This document shows, piece by piece, positions 60,359 through 64,000 of a DNA stretch of 64,000 nt. Source of the stretch: a bacterium (GTDB taxonomy: Bacteria > RBG-13-61-14 > DATKZS01); contig CAXXFL010000006.1 in NCBI GenBank assembly GCA_963674965.2, positions 1 to 64,000 of the forward strand, given 5' to 3'. Positions within the stretch are counted from its first letter, which is position 1, and the number at the start of each line of letters is the position of its first letter. The position numbers were made by a program, and so were the translations under genes. The notes under the pieces were generated by a model. The model searched no databases. It was given only the letters and a program-made list of their open reading frames with translations, and was not told the origin of the DNA.

Positions 60359-62104
60359 TTATCTTTCAAACTGAATGCCCAACAAGCTACCAGACGGTTC
60401 TCTGTCGGTTAGACGCAGTTTCACGTATCTATTGAAATCGAAATCTTCATGGAAATCCTCACTAGGAACCATATCAGAATTGAGGGCACAGATATATTGA
60501 ATCCCGTACTCTTGCGCAATTTCAGCGGCTCGCTGTAATGCAAGGGCTCTTTGTCTCGAATCAACGCCGTCAAAAAGGATGCTATCGTGAACTAAGAAAT
60601 CAATCTTGTTGTTTTGGGCCTTTAGAAACTGTAAAAGCATCAAGTCAAAAGAGAACACCTTCATTTTCCCGATGCCTTCACTCCCGCTCCTCTCGACCTC
60701 GATATTGTACTTGTACCCGGTATCTGAAATATCTATGACCAGACGCCCTGGACTGCTGTACAAGTACTGTATGTTGTCATCAAAAATACGAACCGCTGAG
60801 CTCCAAATCTCACGCCGTTGTTCATGATCTTGCTCCGCAACCGTTGCTAATTCGCTCTTGTTTCTGGAAATTTTTCGTTTGCGGGAAGCAATATCCTTTA
60901 TATTCGATATCCTGGAAATCACGCGCTCAAGTTCTTGCTTGGTCTCAACATGCCTTTCCTGTAATGCCGTCATTTCCTCCAGCGCACCATGAGTATTCAA
61001 TATTGTCATTAATTCAGCCCGCTGTTCTGTCAGCGCTTCAATTCTCTGATCGCGTTGTTGTATTTGGTCTTTGAGTCTTGATATCTCTGTTTCCAGAAAT
61101 GACTTGCGGTTTTCAACGATTTTTCGATGAAACTCCTTTGCATCCGCTAGGGTGCGACGGACAGAATCAGAAAATACGAGACCTGTTTCCTCATAAAGAC
61201 TTTCGATCTCGGTGTCAGAAGGAGGTTGCTCTTCAGAGACGGAAATCTCGTATCGCGTCAGTCTTCTTCGATCAGTTACATTCTGATTTACCAATTCATG
61301 AATGTTACTCGTTAACTGGTTCGCCTGTTCTTGAATGTCTTTGTATTGTGGGTGGACTCTAAAATTGTTCAGAGATGCAAGTTCTCGTTCGATCTGTGCT
61401 TCGAGTCTGACTCGTTCTGCTTCGAGTTCCCCCACTGTCCCCAAAGCATCTTCAATGGCACCTGTTTTTACCGCTTTATCAAGAGCATTAAGAGCTTCCA
61501 CTTGATCCTTTAAATCTTGCCACTTCGATGCAAGCTCCCAATTGAGCCCCAATAGATACGCGATGTGGAGTTGAGTATCCCAAGTTTTTTGATTGCGGCA
61601 TTGTTTGAAGGGATCGATATAAGCATCCATCCCAGTGCGGAGATAGTATGATATCAAGCTTCTAAACGAAGGTTTGTATTTATACACATCGTATGAACTC
61701 GCAAGACCAAATAATGCCCACCCAAGAAAAACTCTCCACCTTTTAAGATGAAAAACATGATCACCTGTTTCCTCATCTTCATCGGGTTGCTCAATCCATC
61801 CCTCAGTTGGCCCGTCTATAAATATCTTATTGTGATCTGCGATAGATCGGGTTACCTTCACCCGATTTTCCATTAAAGTTATTTCTAAAGTAAAAGCCCA
61901 ATCTTCTAATGGGTCGATTCTCAATCTTTTACCATCTGATCCAAGACAAAAATCAATGATGTCCATTAAGGTAGACTTCCCCAGTCCATTGCGGGTGTCC
62001 TGTTGAGTAGATGTATCAGTGCGCTCGGCCAGAACAACGTTAAGGCCTGTCGAAAACCCAACTGGATGGAATGAGCGTTTATTGGATGAAACACCGTGTA
62101 TCAT
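60359..62104 (-). CDS. lmuB: SMC-like ABC ATPase of a Lamassu / ABC-three-component system (DUF2326-type)
   Basis: Walker A RNGLGKST, long coiled coil, degenerate signature SEG, Walker B FLVHDS, DGVD.RQ. Confidence 0.85.
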   Translation of the reverse strand: MIHGVSSNKRSFHPVGFSTGLNVVLAERTDTSTQQDTRNGLGKSTLMDIIDFCLGSDGKRLRIDPLEDWAFTLEITLMENRVKVTRSIADHNKIFIDGPTEGWIEQPDEDEETGDHVFHLKRWRVFLGWALFGLASSYDVYKYKPSFRSLISYYLRTGMDAYIDPFKQCRNQKTWDTQLHIAYLLGLNWELASKWQDLKDQVEALNALDKAVKTGAIEDALGTVGELEAERVRLEAQIERELASLNNFRVHPQYKDIQEQANQLTSNIHELVNQNVTDRRRLTRYEISVSEEQPPSDTEIESLYEETGLVFSDSVRRTLADAKEFHRKIVENRKSFLETEISRLKDQIQQRDQRIEALTEQRAELMTILNTHGALEEMTALQERHVETKQELERVISRISNIKDIASRKRKISRNKSELATVAEQDHEQRREIWSSAVRIFDDNIQYLYSSPGRLVIDISDTGYKYNIEVERSGSEGIGKMKVFSFDLMLLQFLKAQNNKIDFLVHDSILFDGVDSRQRALALQRAAEIAQEYGIQYICALNSDMVPSEDFHEDFDFNRYVKLRLTDREPSGSLLGIQFER

Positions 62105-62328
62105 TCTCGCGTCCTCTCAATCATTCCATTTGTGAGACTCACCAATCCGGCTATATAAAGCATGTCGAGAGCAAGAATAAATCTTTCAAACGTGCCGATT
62201 GACTGATGAGTTCTTACTTTCTCCCAAAGACTTGTGACCGTTTGGGGCCCTCTGACCTCATTGAGAATAACTGCTCCAACACCTATAAGAGCCTGGTCTT
62301 CAGTTATGTGCTTAGAGGGCAAAATCAT
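62101..62328 (-). CDS. lmuC: ABC-three-component middle component
   Basis: 75 aa, MILP.KHI...ALIGVG, FERFILALD.LY..G; ATGA-coupled on both sides. Confidence 0.8.
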   Translation of the reverse strand: MILPSKHITEDQALIGVGAVILNEVRGPQTVTSLWEKVRTHQSIGTFERFILALDMLYIAGLVSLTNGMIERTRE

Positions 62329-63083
62329 CTTTCAAATACCTCACAGGCCTCAAATAGATAAACTAAAACTGCGAGTCCAGCCGAGCGCTTGGCCTGGCTG
62401 TCGAAACCTCGCTGGGCAAATAGGCACATAAAATCGAACAAGTCATCACCAGCATGGCCTTCTCGTTTTAACCGATAATATTCTTCAAGAAAACCAGCTT
62501 TCAATTGTTCGGGAAAGTTAGCGTCAGTTTGGGTAACGCTTTCAACATATGCGCGGACCTCACGAGCTACACTTAGTCCCATTGTGATAATGCCGCGAGA
62601 GCCGTTGCCAAGCTCATTTTTCCTTAGCTTGTCCTCTGGTGGGATTAATGAAAAATCTTGTGTGGCTTGGCCTGGCTGTATTTGCAAAATCCATTGAGTC
62701 GCTTCTTCCAATTCGGGAAATCCGACATTTGCAAACGCTTCGGTCATTGCCTCACGAACCTTTCGGACATGTTCTTCTTTTATTGCATGAAGCCGTTCGA
62801 CAGGATAGTCTCTTACTCCTTCAACCCTATCATCTATTATGTCGTGGCATGTACCACATACGTAAATCAAGTTGTTATAGTGGTTACGCTCTTTATCCGT
62901 CATCGAAGGATTGTAGCGGGCTGCAGTTGGATTCTCACCGGCAATATGAGCTGCTTTTCCAATATTAATAGGATTTCCACCACTACCCTCGGGAGTCAAC
63001 GTGCGCCCACAACCTGGAATAGCACACCTATCTCCGCTGCGATAGGCAAGGAGTAGTTTAGTTGGATAAGAAACAGTGCTCAT
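62325..63083 (-). CDS. lmuA: HNH endonuclease effector fused to ABC-3C C-terminal domain
   Basis: CAIPGC, AHI, ERN.Y.NLI.VC.TCH.IID (HNH); C-terminal EDKLRKN.L, GD.LF, VYLFEACEVFE. Confidence 0.85.
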   Translation of the reverse strand: MSTVSYPTKLLLAYRSGDRCAIPGCGRTLTPEGSGGNPINIGKAAHIAGENPTAARYNPSMTDKERNHYNNLIYVCGTCHDIIDDRVEGVRDYPVERLHAIKEEHVRKVREAMTEAFANVGFPELEEATQWILQIQPGQATQDFSLIPPEDKLRKNELGNGSRGIITMGLSVAREVRAYVESVTQTDANFPEQLKAGFLEEYYRLKREGHAGDDLFDFMCLFAQRGFDSQAKRSAGLAVLVYLFEACEVFER

Positions 63084-63180
63084 ACAGCCACCTCCCCGTT
63101 CATCAGGCGGGGTAGGAGCAAATCGTTGGCTCCCGTAAGTTTCCGGTTCTGCAATATTAGGAACTTAAGTCGGGAGATTA
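63080..63180 (-). pseudogene. hsdS: 3' remnant of a type I R-M specificity subunit
   Basis: LQNRKLTGANDLLLPRLMNGEVAV* resembles the conserved HsdS C-terminus; its stop overlaps the lmuA ATG; no TRD-sized ORF upstream. Confidence 0.65.
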
Positions 63181-63839
63181 AGGAGCTTTTCTGTGAGAAG
63201 TCTTCCCTGGTCATGCCTGCCTCCTTGACCATAGTATGCAGCAAGGGACGCAGGGATGCAATGAGAGCCAATAAAAGATCGAACGTTCAGCCCTTTGAGA
63301 GCAATAAGAGAATAGACTTTGAGTTCTTTTGGTCATTACATTCCTCTGGTTTTATATTATGGCCCAAGCCAGAGTCCCTGACAAGCAGAATTTTATTCTA
63401 GGAGTCTGTCTGACAGCGCAAACTTACCTATAAGTATTTCCCTATTTATCTGAAATATCATTGAGATAAATGATCTCAACCTTCCAACACTATGGGGTTC
63501 CCACTACAACATTTATCCCCTCAACAAGTGCCGGTGGGCGAATAAGCTTTTAAAATAAACCGCAGGCGTTCCGTCCACATGACAGGTATTCCAGGTCCAG
63601 GGTCGCCCATCCCGCCTGGGCGGCGAAAGCCGTAGCTTGATCCTCCTTGCTCCATAAGCCCGCAGACAATCGCGCTCGGCGTCCATCAGATAGACAGGGC
63701 AATAACCTCTTCTCCCGAGTTGACAGCCCGTTCGCTTCGCTCACCCACGCAAGACGCGAGACCCTGAATTAAAAAGCGCGCGGACCCTTTGCCCGAGCGG
63801 TTTCACCGGGCCCGGGCGTTTTGCGGACAGCGGGTCGGG

Positions 63840-64000
63840 CTACCCTTGTTTTTGTCTGAACTCCCGATAGTCGGCCATGGCCCTGATGGAGGCGCAGGCG
63901 GTTTCGATGGTGGGAAAGATCGAGTTCTTCTGCTCCTCGAAGACGGTCTTGAAGATGGACTCGGTCGAGTCGCGGAAGTTCGAGACCGTGTAAAGGGGGA
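63840..64000 (-). CDS. 3' end of a gene entering from the right, possibly an ADP-forming acyl-CoA synthetase / CoA-binding protein
   Basis: Translates ...FEEQKNSIFPTIETACASIRAMADYREFRQKQG* with host-like codon usage. Confidence 0.5.
   Translation of the reverse strand, partial: PLYTVSNFRDSTESIFKTVFEEQKNSIFPTIETACASIRAMADYREFRQKQG

Overview
GC-rich bacterial chromosome segment. The gene set (maf-yggS-proC-yggT-divIVA-yggU, Myxococcus/Bdellovibrio-type pilin domains, sigma54 system, DivIVA alongside outer-membrane barrels) suggests a Deltaproteobacteria-like diderm; this is inference. Housekeeping genes (frameshift-riddled pycB/oadA at the left edge, gspE/pilB-like ATPase, gpsA, purL, secA, menA-like, csp, the yggS cluster) are interleaved with accessory loci. 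(1) A TPR/beta-barrel + FecR + lipoprotein operon. (2) A 1.6 kb segment bracketed by ~61 bp inverted repeats around a DUF4373-like gene. (3) An unrecognised 9-gene, partly translationally coupled operon (8451-16796): three glycosyltransferases, a radical SAM/SPASM-twitch enzyme, three paralogous 2-TM proteins with very basic C-terminal domains, a small Zn-finger/Tyr-rich/acidic-tail protein and a secreted protein. This is the best candidate for an undescribed system. (4) Three tandem glycine-rich lipoproteins. (5) A XhoI/PaeR7I-family type II R-M pair in DNA rich in CTCGAG. (6) A giant secreted protein with a sigma54 promoter, divergent from a sensor kinase / sigma54 activator pair that has two non-cleavable pilin-domain membrane proteins between them. 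(7) An IS3-family element next to an AT-rich Lamassu/ABC-three-component defence operon with an HNH effector behind an hsdS remnant. Three copies of a ~187 bp MITE have terminal inverted repeats and 5-6 bp target duplications. No rRNA, tRNA or CRISPR array was seen. All family assignments are from motif recognition by eye, not database searches.
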